Below are positions 38,720 to 49,645 of a stretch of DNA of 64,000 bases, one piece after another. The stretch is taken from assembly GCF_964355755.1 (NCBI RefSeq), contig NC_092680.1, positions 8,060,001-8,124,000 of the forward strand, given 5' to 3'. Numbering within the stretch: the stretch's first letter is position 1; each line of letters starts with the position of its first letter. Origin of the DNA: Antedon mediterranea (Eukaryota; Animalia; Echinodermata). The notes beneath the pieces were generated by a model. That model saw nothing but the letters and a program-made list of their open reading frames with translations, was not told the DNA's origin and made no database searches. A program made the translations under genes and the position numbers.

Positions 38720-40933
38720 ATGGTAACTATGATTTGCTGCGCGAGAAAATTGGTTTGGTAGATTGGGATGTGGTTTTCAATGACAAATCAGGTATTCAAT
38801 CGTGGGACGAATTCGAGCATATTCTTGCGAAGAATATTGATGAGTGTATCCCGATGAGGAAGGTTTGCCACGGAAGAAAACCTCTTTGGATGAACAAAAA
38901 AATTGAAAAGCAGATTGCCAAAAAGAATAAATGTTGGAAACAGTATGTAAAGGCCAAGAGAAAACAAAAAGTATGTGTGTCAGCAAAATGGTCGAAGTTT
39001 GTCCAAGTAAGAAATCAAACAGTAGATCTGATTCGATGTAGTAAATCTGACTTCGAAAATAAAATAGCAATTGAGATCAAATCTAATGAAAAGTCTTTTT
39101 GGAGGTATCTCAGTTCTCAGATCAATATAAAGTCTGGTATACCCAACTTAACCGATAGTAATGGAAGGCATGTGTCTGATGACAAGGATAAGGCTGAGTT
39201 GCTAAACACGTTTTTTAGTAGTGTATTTGTCGATGAAAATTTTTCGAATGTACCGGCTATTGATGACATTTCAGAGGATTTTTTATCTCAAGTTGACTTT
39301 CCTTGTGACGAAATCTTAAATATTTTATCAACGTTGAATATTACTAAAACAGCTGGACCTGATGGTATTCACCCACGCATCTTAGTCGAACTAAAGGATA
39401 TCATTTGCTATCCCCTCCATATTATTTTTACGAAATTGTTTCAAGAAGGAGCCGTCCCTAATAGTTGGAAACGGGCTACAGTGGTACCGATTTTTAAAAA
39501 AGGAGTGAAGTCTGACCCAAGCAACTATAGACCTGTGAGTTTAACTTCGGTAGTTGGTAAAATTATGGAGAGAATTATCAGGAAGGAATTATTGGACTTT
39601 CTTGAACATCACTCACTTATTTGTTATGAGCAATTTGGTTTCCGGCAAGGTCGTTCTTGTGCTTTACAATTACTTGATGTTCTTGAAAACTGGTTTTCTT
39701 ATTTTGATAATCAGGATTGTTTTGATTGTATCTACCTTGACTACAAGAAGGCTTTCGATAGTGTGCCTCATCATAGACTCCTTCTGAAAATGAGTGCATT
39801 GGGTATTAGAGGTAAACTTCTAAAATGGTTTCAAGAATTTCTTAACGATAGACAACAACGGGTTAGTGTCAATGGATGTGTTTCAGATTGGGCTGATGTT
39901 CGTAGTGGTATCCCGCAAGGAAGCGTCGTTGGACCTGTTCTTTTCATTATGTTTATAAATGATTTACCTTCTGTTATTTCTTCCTCTGTACGCATGTTTG
40001 CAGATGATACTAAATTGTATAGAGTAGTTAACACTGTGAATGATGCTCAAGTTCTACAAGAAGATTTAGAGAAAGCATGTGACTGGTCTGACAAATGGCA
40101 ATTACCTTTTAACGAGGGTAAGTGCAAAGTAATGCACTTTGGGAAGAAAAACAACAAACATCTGTATGCCATGCGTGGTTTCTTATTGAATGAAGTTGAT
40201 CATGAAAAAGACCTCGGTGTTACTATTGACTCTAAACTTGTTTTTAATGTACATGTGGCAGATGTAGCAATGAGAGCAAATCGGAAGTTGGGCATGGTAT
40301 ATCGAGCTTTCAAGTTTTTAAATATGGATGGGTTTCTTCGTTTATATAAAGCTATTATTCGTCCGACCTTGGAATACTGCAACGTTGTTTTTAACTCGCT
40401 ACATTGTAAGGAGGAAGACCTATTGGAAAAAGTCCAAGAACGTGCCACCAAGCTTATTTTTTCCATTCGTCATTTACCTTATTCAGAAAGGCTGAAAATT
40501 CTCAACCTACCTACTCTCGCATACAGAAGGCAAAGAGCTCATTTGATACAGATTTTTAAAATTTTACATGGAGTGGATAGTATTTCTGCTGATTCTTTTT
40601 TTGAGCGTGATGAAGATGTTAGAACACGTGGTCATTCTTTTAAATTAAAATTTAAGTTCTCACGCACAAATTGGATGAGGGACTCATTTGGTCGAAAAGC
40701 TATTATATTATGGAATTCGTTATCGGAGGATGTAGTAGCTTCAAGATCAACCAATCAATTTAAGTCCGGTCTTGAACGGGCATGGTCCAACCACCCTCTT
40801 AAATTTGCGCCATATTCAAGAGTTGATGTAATTATCAAGAGGGGCTTATAGGCATAGCCTAGCCTCGACTCCGGACCCAGCATTGCTGAGCTCCGGAAAC
40901 AAGTAAACAAGTAAACAAGTAAGTAAACAAGTA
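38720..40933 (+). mobile_element. 5'-truncated CR1/L2-group LINE with uninterrupted RT ORF, antisense in MTFR intron 1
   Basis: The ORF runs to 40851, followed by a short 3' UTR with hairpin ccggacccagcattgctgagctccgg and an (aaacaagt)n tail. No endonuclease domain is present. Confidence 0.93.
38734..40851 (+). CDS. LINE ORF2 reverse transcriptase (CR1-like), N-terminally truncated, 705 codons open
   Basis: Motifs KTAGPDGIHPRIL, PSNYRPVSLTSVVGKIME, QFGFRQGRSC, YLDYKKAFDSVPH, SGIPQGSVVGPVLF, MFADDTK, EKDLGV, RPTLEYC, LEKVQERATK and RTRGHSFKL. Confidence 0.92.
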   Translation: MLREKIGLVDWDVVFNDKSGIQSWDEFEHILAKNIDECIPMRKVCHGRKPLWMNKKIEKQIAKKNKCWKQYVKAKRKQKVCVSAKWSKFVQVRNQTVDLIRCSKSDFENKIAIEIKSNEKSFWRYLSSQINIKSGIPNLTDSNGRHVSDDKDKAELLNTFFSSVFVDENFSNVPAIDDISEDFLSQVDFPCDEILNILSTLNITKTAGPDGIHPRILVELKDIICYPLHIIFTKLFQEGAVPNSWKRATVVPIFKKGVKSDPSNYRPVSLTSVVGKIMERIIRKELLDFLEHHSLICYEQFGFRQGRSCALQLLDVLENWFSYFDNQDCFDCIYLDYKKAFDSVPHHRLLLKMSALGIRGKLLKWFQEFLNDRQQRVSVNGCVSDWADVRSGIPQGSVVGPVLFIMFINDLPSVISSSVRMFADDTKLYRVVNTVNDAQVLQEDLEKACDWSDKWQLPFNEGKCKVMHFGKKNNKHLYAMRGFLLNEVDHEKDLGVTIDSKLVFNVHVADVAMRANRKLGMVYRAFKFLNMDGFLRLYKAIIRPTLEYCNVVFNSLHCKEEDLLEKVQERATKLIFSIRHLPYSERLKILNLPTLAYRRQRAHLIQIFKILHGVDSISADSFFERDEDVRTRGHSFKLKFKFSRTNWMRDSFGRKAIILWNSLSEDVVASRSTNQFKSGLERAWSNHPLKFAPYSRVDVIIKRGL

Positions 40934-41404
40934 ATAGCCTACTGTAGGCCTAGTTTAGATTAGTAGTAGTACTAGTAGTAGTAGGCCTGCCTATACTAAC
41001 TTAACTATCATTCATATTCATAGTAACTAGGCCTAGGCCTAGCCTAGTAGTAGCTAGAGAGTACTAGCCTATTATTATTATTAGGCCTACTAATAACAGT
41101 GCACTGTAAGGTATATTAAAGAAAAGTGGTATGGTTAGAGAAAACTGGCAAAATGCTAGGCCGAGTGTGATGGGCCGCCCATTCATGTGTCAGCTCGACC
41201 ACCACCGGGCACTGATACTAGGCCTAGGCCTAGCAGTATAAAATATAGGCCTAGCCTCTAGGGTAGGGCCTAGCCTAGAGGGCCTAGCTAGCTTGCATAT
41301 TTGTCGTTCTAAATGTAGGAGATACAGTAATACATCGTTCGGATAACAAAATATTTGTAATTTGATACTTAAATATTCATCATGAACATAATGTTCATAC
41401 TTAC

Positions 41405-41690
41405 CTATAAAATTGAACAAGTACGCAATATTGTTTGCTTAATAAGCCTATAACTACACAACATTCCAACAGCTATTTCTTCTGCTGTCCATTTTTTCCA
41501 AATTAAAAGTAAGCGCTTTTGGGATATTTAAACGATTAGCCAATCAAAATTACTGACCGTACCGAAGGTCATAAACAATAACCAATCAAATTCAATTTAG
41601 TTGCCACCATTTTTTAATTTGTAAAAACATTTGGTGTGTGTGCAAAAAAGAGGAAAGAAAAGAAACAATTTGTAATTATAACGGTAAAAA
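41405..41690. promoter_or_regulatory. Putative bidirectional promoter shared by MTFR (-) and ARMC1 (+)
   Basis: Minus-strand donor GTAAGT at 41404 and a YY1-like ccatttt near 41489. Two CCAAT boxes (41540-41544, 41582-41586) and a candidate plus-strand donor acg|gtaaaa at 41684. AGGCCT-rich tracts lie on both outer sides, and both genes have the ATG in an exon preceded by an acceptor. Confidence 0.6.
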
Positions 41691-41864
41691 AACATTAGGG
41701 TTATTGCGTTTTGTAAATAAAATGTATTTAATATTAATAAGCTTGGGGCATAGGCCTAGGCCCTACTAGCCTAGGCTAGTCTTTTTAGGCTTACCTAGTA
41801 GGTAGGCAACTTACTTACTGTACTCCGGACCCAGCACCGCTGAGCTCCGGAGACAAGTACTAGG

Positions 41865-44215
41865 GGGATCCAGTCAAGTCGCCCCATCGCAAAGTCGCCC
41901 CATACAAAGTCGCCCCTTACACAGTCGCCCCATCGCAAAGTCGCCCCAAAACAAAGTCGCCCCGGCACAGTCGCCCCATCGCAAAGTCGCCCCATTACAA
42001 AGTCGCCCCATCGCAAAGTCGCCCCATCGCAAAGTCGCCCCAACGCAAAGTCGCCCCATTGCAAAGTCGCCCCAAAACGTTAAAAAATAGTTTACAAGTG
42101 CGTAAAATGTTGCAATGATACACAAAATAACACAGAACGTGTAGGCATAGGGGAAGCCCCGCCATGTAGTCTCAGGTCACACGATCGGCACGCACCCCCA
42201 TCAGAGAGGAAGCCCCCGACTAATCACTCCGCGGTCGCACTAACGTGCTAGCTCACCATGAGAGGGAAACCCCTGTAATTACTCCGCCGTTGCCGTTGTC
42301 GCGCTCTACAACGCACCATCTGAAGATGGGGAAACCCCGCCGGAGTTTTTATCGGTTTTAATCATATTGGGTGCGTTTGATATCGATTGCGTTGTTACTT
42401 TGGTCGCGCTAAATGTCGTATACATTATAATGTTTATCCTATTATATACATAATTTGTGTTTAAATTTTTATTTTACAGGTTTTAATGGAGTGATGTGCT
42501 TTTTAAAAATCATTTAAAAAATAGTCCCTAAAAAGATTATCCCTGATTTATAGTTTCGAAAATGTTAATTTAATATGATTTTAAAATTAGTTACCACAGC
42601 CACAATTACGAATCTTTCTTCAACCTACGCGTGGATACCAGCTAATTTTTTAGGATAATATAATAAATGTATAAATGTGTAGTAGGCCTTCGTATAGATT
42701 TACAGTAGTTAAAACAATAACAGTGTTGTAAGACAATAAGTGTTATAGGCTACTTATTGATCATTTTGCATTTATTGACAAGTTATGTGTCTTAATTTTA
42801 TAATGACTTTTCAAAATGAAGAAAAAAAAGGGGATTTCATCGCCGATGTGATTGTTTTACATGCAGGTATTAGTAAAATTAAAACGCGACATTTTGACCA
42901 TGGAAAAACCATCGTACAGTATCGTGTGCGTGTTTTTTAAAAAGGGGAATCCCCGACGGTCAGCAGAAAGACGTAGCAGCTGTGAGGAAACAGATACCAG
43001 AAGGCGCAGCTCCGATTGGATTCAGAGAATGTTTCAGATGGCGAGTCGCCTTTTATTCAACAGCACAATGATCATTTTACTGAAGAAATTCTTTTCAATC
43101 CTTTTGGTTATAGAACATTCTAATTATAATGCCTAATAAATATCCTCTCATATCGGGTGTTTATTTAATTTTAAATTAAACAAGACAGTGAAGAGGCACG
43201 GAATAATACGTACACGGACGTACGACAAATACACACACGCACGTTATCATTTACGACATATAGTGGTGATATGATGCAATTTTATAATGGATATAATGAT
43301 GGGATTGCCTTTCCAGGAGTCTTACAATCAATGTTCACTGTAATACTATGTATATAATAGTAAACTGAATGTTTATAAATAAATTGTTTTACGTAATTTG
43401 TTGCATATAAAATGAAAGACACAGACGTAGCCTACGTTTCCTATAAAATATTTCACATTTAAATAAGTACGTATGTACTGTTAAATGACATTATGCTGGA
43501 TAATACTATATCTTAAACTATGTTTACAAATTGTCATTTTTTAAGCCACACATCTTTCTCATAATACTGACCTGTAAAATAAAATAAAAAATCAATTATT
43601 AATATAGGCCTAATAATAATAATAAATATTCATCGACCAAAGTAAAAATAATCTAGATCGTATAACATCATTTTATCGCGACCGATTTCGAACGCGACTG
43701 ATATCATCGTAAAACTCCGGCGGGGTTTCCCCATCTTCAGATGGTGCGTTGTAGAGTGCGACAAAGGCAACGGCGGAGTAATTACGGGGGTTTCCCTCTC
43801 ATGGTAAGCTAGCACGTTAGTGCGACCGCGGAGTGCGACCGCGGAGTGATTAGTCGGGGCTTCCTCTCTGATATGGGGGTGCGTGCCGATCGTGTGACCA
43901 CCTGAGACTACATGGCGGGGCTTCCCCTTTTATGCCTACACGTTCTGTGTTATTTTGTGTATCATTGCAACATTTTACGCACTTGTAAACTATATTTTAA
44001 CGTTTTGGGGCGACTTTGCGATAGGGCGACTTTGTGATGGGGCGACTTTGCGATGGAGCGACTTTGCGTTGGGGCGACTTTGCGATGGGGCGACTTTGCG
44101 ATAGGGCGACTATGTCGGGGCGACTTTGTTTTGGGGCGACTTTGCGATGGGGCGACTGTGTAAGGGGCGACTTTGTATGGGGCGACTTTGCGATGGGGCG
44201 ACTTGACTAGCATCC
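41865..44215. mobile_element. 2.35-kb foldback-type DNA transposon with about 480-bp TIRs containing 15-bp tandem repeats
   Basis: 41865-42347 is the inverted copy of about 43710-44215. The outer ~200 bp are (aaagtcgccccatcgc)-like arrays. 8-bp TSD gtactagg at 41857-41864 and 44216-44223. No transposase ORF inside. Confidence 0.93.
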
Positions 44216-44475
44216 GTACTAGGCTAGGCCTAAGTAAGTAAGTAAAGTAGCTATACTATAGTATTATAGGCCTAGAGCTAGTACTAGGCCAGGCCCTAGT
44301 AGGCTAGGCCTAGCTTCAACAGGAGGACAGGTAGTACCTGTCCTAGCTAGGCATGGAGGCATGATTGTAGGTCCTATTTTATCTAGACTGGGCCATATGA
44401 CTTTATTACTTAGACTAAAGTTTAGTTAGGCCCTAGGGCTAGGTTTGTATGGATTAGGCCTAGCCCTAGGTAGGC

Positions 44476-45186
44476 CAAGTTGAGCAGCCGCCAAAAAAAC
44501 GTTATTTTCTATGAAACGCCAAATGCTAACTTTCACCGGTGCTCGTTTCTATTTAATATTAGGGATAACGATGTATATTCAAAGTTTATAATATCACGGT
44601 TTTTAGTATATATTATTAAATATTACAATTAAAGAAATAATTATGAAAATCTGACTTGTAGATTCCAAAATATAAGGCCTAAAACATCACTGAAAATGAT
44701 CGTTTTTAGCCAAAAATGCCGTAAACATGTTGCCCCCTCAGGCGGCAGTTGTATGAACTAGCCTACTCCATTTTTCGGTAAAATAATTACATAGATCACC
44801 GTTTTTTATAAAATATTTTGTGTATTAACATTGTAAAATTCAATAAAATATGATATTAAAAGATAGTAGATAAAAAATGATACAGTAATTATTTAACCTC
44901 ATTCGAAGAATATCAATACTCTATTAGTCCTGAGTGAGAGACAACGCAAGTTGAAAAACACGCGAGAAAAATATTATTAAATATGACTACTTTCCTTTGC
45001 TGCGTTGTTATTGCAGTTCAAGCCAACAAAATTGTAGTATGTAATTATAATTATTTATTTTCATGACACAATAAATAAACTTAAAGACCATGAACTTATG
45101 TACTAGGACAAACACTCTAATCACTACGCGAAATGTCGTAAAAGACGCACTGGGCATTTCATAGAAATTACCGGCGGCTCAACTTG
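44476..45186. mobile_element. Degenerate TIR element (about 710 bp)
   Basis: caagttgagcagccgcc...tttctatgaaacgcc at left and ggcatttcatagaaa...ggcggctcaacttg at right are inverted. No clear TSD. Confidence 0.6.
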
Positions 45187-45346
45187 TCGGCGGCCCAACC
45201 GGTCATATGCTGTTTGTATTGTATAGGTTAGTAGGGACCTAATCAAGTTAGTAGGCCCTAAAGGCTAAATCATCATATTTTGTTGTTGAATGTTTTATTT
45301 AATTCCTTTAGTTTTAATTCAGTTTACGTCAAAACCAAAAAGAAAG

Positions 45347-47756
45347 ATGGATGTGCTGACCGTCGTTAAACAGCTGAAAACACTTGCTTCCGACCAACGT
45401 AATCGAGAAACCATAGTCAAGGTGATTTATTTATTGTTGAGAATAGATAAAAATGCCTTCTATTTAAAAGAAAAAAGTACAGTATTAAACATTTCAAATC
45501 CAATTTACCATTCATTTTAATATTATTTATTTAATTTTAATTATAGTATTTTTTAGTTCTATGTAATTTGCTTAAAACCAGTTTAACCTCAATGAACCAC
45601 ATCCCAAACTTAGAACCACCACTGTCTCACAACTTTTTTGTTTTGCTTTTTAGGATCAAGGCTGTCTACCAGGACTTGTGCTGTTTTTAGACAACTCTGA
45701 TATTAATGTTGTCATTACAGCCCTTGAAGTAAGACAAAATTGAAGTATAACATTTATTCAATCATTTATTTAAATTGTATCTATTTTGCAATAAGAAAGT
45801 GCTTTTTCCTCTACAGACGTTAATTTTGCTTGCACATTGTTCTAGTAATCGGCCAATCATTCGCTGTGAACTTGGTATGCTAGACAGTTTGGATGCAATT
45901 ATCAACAAGTAATATACTAATACTGTATTTTAATTGTTAAGTTTACTCATTTATAGATGTTTTTGGTGAAAAATGTTATTCTTTTCCTTTCAATCATATA
46001 ACCTTGATAGTTTCCCAGTTATGCAGTTAGTAATAAGATAATGTTAATTTGTATTTACAAGTCTAGATGTTAAACAATATATAGTTTTACAGGTCATACT
46101 CATACCTAGTGTATCCTTTCTCTTTGGTTTATTTTGCCTTGTTGAATATAACAACTCATGAAGATATAATATTGATTATTTATTAATATCTCATGTAGAC
46201 ATGGTTACAGTACCAAAGCAAAAGAGCTTGCAAGAAAGTTGCAGAGTACTATTATGACACAACTAGGTAGTCCTTTACGGGAAAAACAAAATATTACTGA
46301 AAAGAAGTCTACAGCAAAAACAAAACATAGCAGGTATGGTGGAAAGGCATTCATTGCGGGTAACAAGAAATTCAAAGCTATTATTCTTCAGATCAATGGA
46401 CTCGATAACCAGGTCAGCTTTAAATATTTATAATTAATAATAAGGAACTTTCGATTTGTGACGACCTACGACCTATGCATTGTCGTTAGTCATCTCCTGG
46501 ACCTAGAAACCATCAATACTGTACTGTGTTGAGAAATGTAGAGCAAAGAATTGCGTTCCCCTCATATGCTCAACACCTAAGACCTAACTTTTCCTAGGTC
46601 GTCGGTCATCACAATTTGAATGTTCCCATATAACTTTCTTATAACTGTATTAATCGTTTTTATTGTATATCCTGTCATATCACTACCATATTTGAGCATA
46701 TCATTACCATATTTGAGCATATCACTACCATATTTGAGCATATCATTGCCATATTTGAGCATATCATTACCATATTTGGGCACATCACACTTTTTATTGT
46801 CACACACAAGTTTGATAGCGTAGACAGAGCTTAAGGCCTATTTTGTAACAGAACCGTTCAATTGGTTCAAGTTTTCTTCATTACGGTAATGTTCAAGAAA
46901 ACATGCGAAAATCTATATATGTACATCTCTGCAAATGGCATATGTCACCTGTGTTATTGTTACTGTTTCTACTGCCTATGTTCCAATGATAATGATTTCT
47001 CTTACAGGCTTGTAGAAAAATTTGTGAAGATGAACTTTTATTGATCAAGGGAGTGATCAGTTTCACCTTTGACATGCAACATAAACGGTGCACTTTGAGA
47101 ACTAAAAAAGACTTACAACCTGCGGTAAATTCTGACACCCCTATTATGGTGACACTTTGTTGGATCGTGAATTTGTCCCCTTCAATAGGGATTCAATTTT
47201 TGAAAAAAAAATTATTTAATATAATATATTCAATATGAAATAAAATTTAAAATAATTATAATAATTATTAAAATAATACTTATATTACTTGGATAGTATC
47301 AGTATATATTCATCCCTCATGGGGCAATTAATGGAAGATAGAGATGTATGACATCATCCTACAATAAAAAGTACAAATTGAATATTCATGACTATAAAGT
47401 ATTTTAGAAATATTGTTTGTTTGTTGATATGTGTTATATTACATCTTGTGGTTTTTTTCAACATGGCTTACTATCATTTTCAGGTTATTGTTGCTGCTAT
47501 TGCAAAAACTAAAATTATGCGTGCTGAGCAAATAATCAAGAATGAGCACGGGGAAGAAGTGACATTGACATTCGGTGCTAATCCAGCGACGATGAACAAA
47601 GAAAATGTCCATTTGCCTGCATATCTACCAGAAGAAGATAGTCCATTGCGAGGATTGGATAAAGCTGTAACTCGCATTGATAAGCAAGGTGATGGAGATG
47701 GCAGAGGATGGTTATCTTCAGCTGCTAGCTTCATTAGTACTAACTTCTACTGGTGA
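45347..47756 (+). CDS. ARMC1: Armadillo repeat-containing protein 1
   Basis: Exons 45347-45421 (MDVLTVVKQLKTLASDQRNRETIVK), 45654-45728 (DQGCLPGLVLFLD), 45817-45908 (ELGMLDSL), 46199-46412, 47008-47124 (CEDELLLIKGVISFTF, HMA-like domain), 47484-47756 (LPAYLPEEDSP...GWLSSAASFISTNFYW). The FYW C-terminus is characteristic of ARMC1. Confidence 0.95.
46670..46834 (-). repeat. 21-bp tandem-repeat-containing MITE-like element
   Basis: (catatcactaccatatttgag)x~5.5, then tttgatagcgtagacagagcttaa. An oppositely oriented relative lies at 54375-54530. Confidence 0.75.
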
Positions 47757-49645
47757 TATTCTGTGTACAAAAACTTTATTCACACTTGTGTTGTATTACT
47801 GAGAGATGAGATTTTTTATAAACACCAATTTTTTAAGGTGAAATTGAACTAGTCCAATAACTGTCAATTTGTTAAGGATACATTTCTTAAGGAAACGATT
47901 AAATATCAAAGATGACTATATACAGCTCTAAATCATTATCATATGTTTACAGGGTTTATGACATTCTATCACAAATGGAACACATTACATGATTTAATAA
48001 AAGTGTATTATTAAAGCATGGATGAATTTATAAACTGATTCCTATGGTATATTAGTCTTCATTAAGTTGAGTTAAGAGTAAAAAAACTGATCCTTTTGTT
48101 CTTTCTTCAAGTTTTTAACAGTACTTTAATTATCTGAAATTTAGTAATTTAGGGAGGAACTAAATTGTTCTGGTCTGTCTGGTTTTAGCCTTGATACACC
48201 TTTTCGTAATGGTTGTGCATTCCTTAAACACATGTTATGATGATATTATAATCAATGATATAATATAAAATGCACAACTTATTACTGTATATACAGTACT
48301 GATTTTATACTACTAAACCTCTAAAGAGGTACTTGAACAAAATCATATTGTATAGGTTTCTTGTATTTTCGATTCGATGGCTGCTAAAAATGCTGTTCTC
48401 TATTTCCCTATTGAAATGAAACATACATTTTATAAAGGTCTGTCAAAAAAAAAGACAAACATGTGTATTTATTTTATAATTACACTATTGTAACATGTAC
48501 ACTTTATTGTGAAGATGCACACAGATGCTTGTAAATAAACTTCAATGAGATATATGCAGCTATTAATCTGATTTGATTCCTTATTTTCAAATACCGGTTT
48601 AGCAAAAGTAGCTACTGTAAGTATTGCTATAGTTTCACCCTCGCGTAAAATTCCGATTTGCTCTGTTTTCTGTGTCACAATGACCCTAATTTTATTTGTT
48701 ATAAATCCCATTTCTACTTTGTTTACTTTTTAAAATAACAGGTACTTGTTGTCTATTGAACCTTTCAGTAAGATTTGTTAATTAAACTCCAGCTGTTAGT
48801 TTATTACTTTTAGGTTTATTCATGTGTATATTACGACAAAAGACTAAAAGGATACAATAGACGATCACGTTAATTCGCGCGTGTAATATGATTACATATA
48901 ATGCTAATGACACACGCCGTACGCGTGGTACGAATTAGGCACACATGTACGATGGCTTCGTAATCAAAGTGTCGCCACCCTTTTCGTAGTTCAAGAGGCC
49001 TATTACGTCAACACCACATACCATTATTATTATTATTGTGTAATAGATCTTAAACTCACTAATACAATTAGCAATATTTTCGAAATTCATAGTTTTTTAT
49101 ATAAAATAGTATAAATATTCTATAATGAGTTATGAATTCCGTTATTACTTGTGGCGAGAGCAGAGATTACAAAAAAAAAATCATTGATTTTCATTTTTAA
49201 TATAAGATTGTTAATTAATCATTATTGTTTACAGAGTTATATAATATCTGTGCCCAAAGTACAGTCGGAGGAGGGATAATTACATCTCACTGGTCTGAGA
49301 TTATTCAGGTACAATCGAGGAACATCTATTATTACTGTTCATTAGTGACATCGATCCATACATTGAATAAGTTTACACGGGTTCTCCTTCAACCGTTCGC
49401 ACCATTGTTTGCTAAACAAGACGGACATTTCGTCATGTAAGCGCACGTATCGACTTTCGTCAAAGACCGTTGTTCTCCAGAAACAAAACCGTCCTTTCTT
49501 GAACACTGTTGATGCGTGCTTATTGGGCTTATGGCTACCACTAGATTTAGACTATTATCCGATGCTGCCAGTGGGCATCGTTCTTGCCGCAGACAAAGTT
49601 CTTTATATAAACTTTAACAGTATTTTAAATGGGTGTTTATAAATT

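Noticed and set aside
41795-44213. ORFs with WGDFAMGRLC / KSPHRKVAP repeats
   Set aside because: These are translations of the 15-bp tandem arrays in the foldback TIRs, mirrored on both strands.
46577-46823. ORFs with LKYGNDM / ISLPYLS repeats
   Set aside because: Translations of a 21-bp tandem repeat inside an ARMC1 intron.
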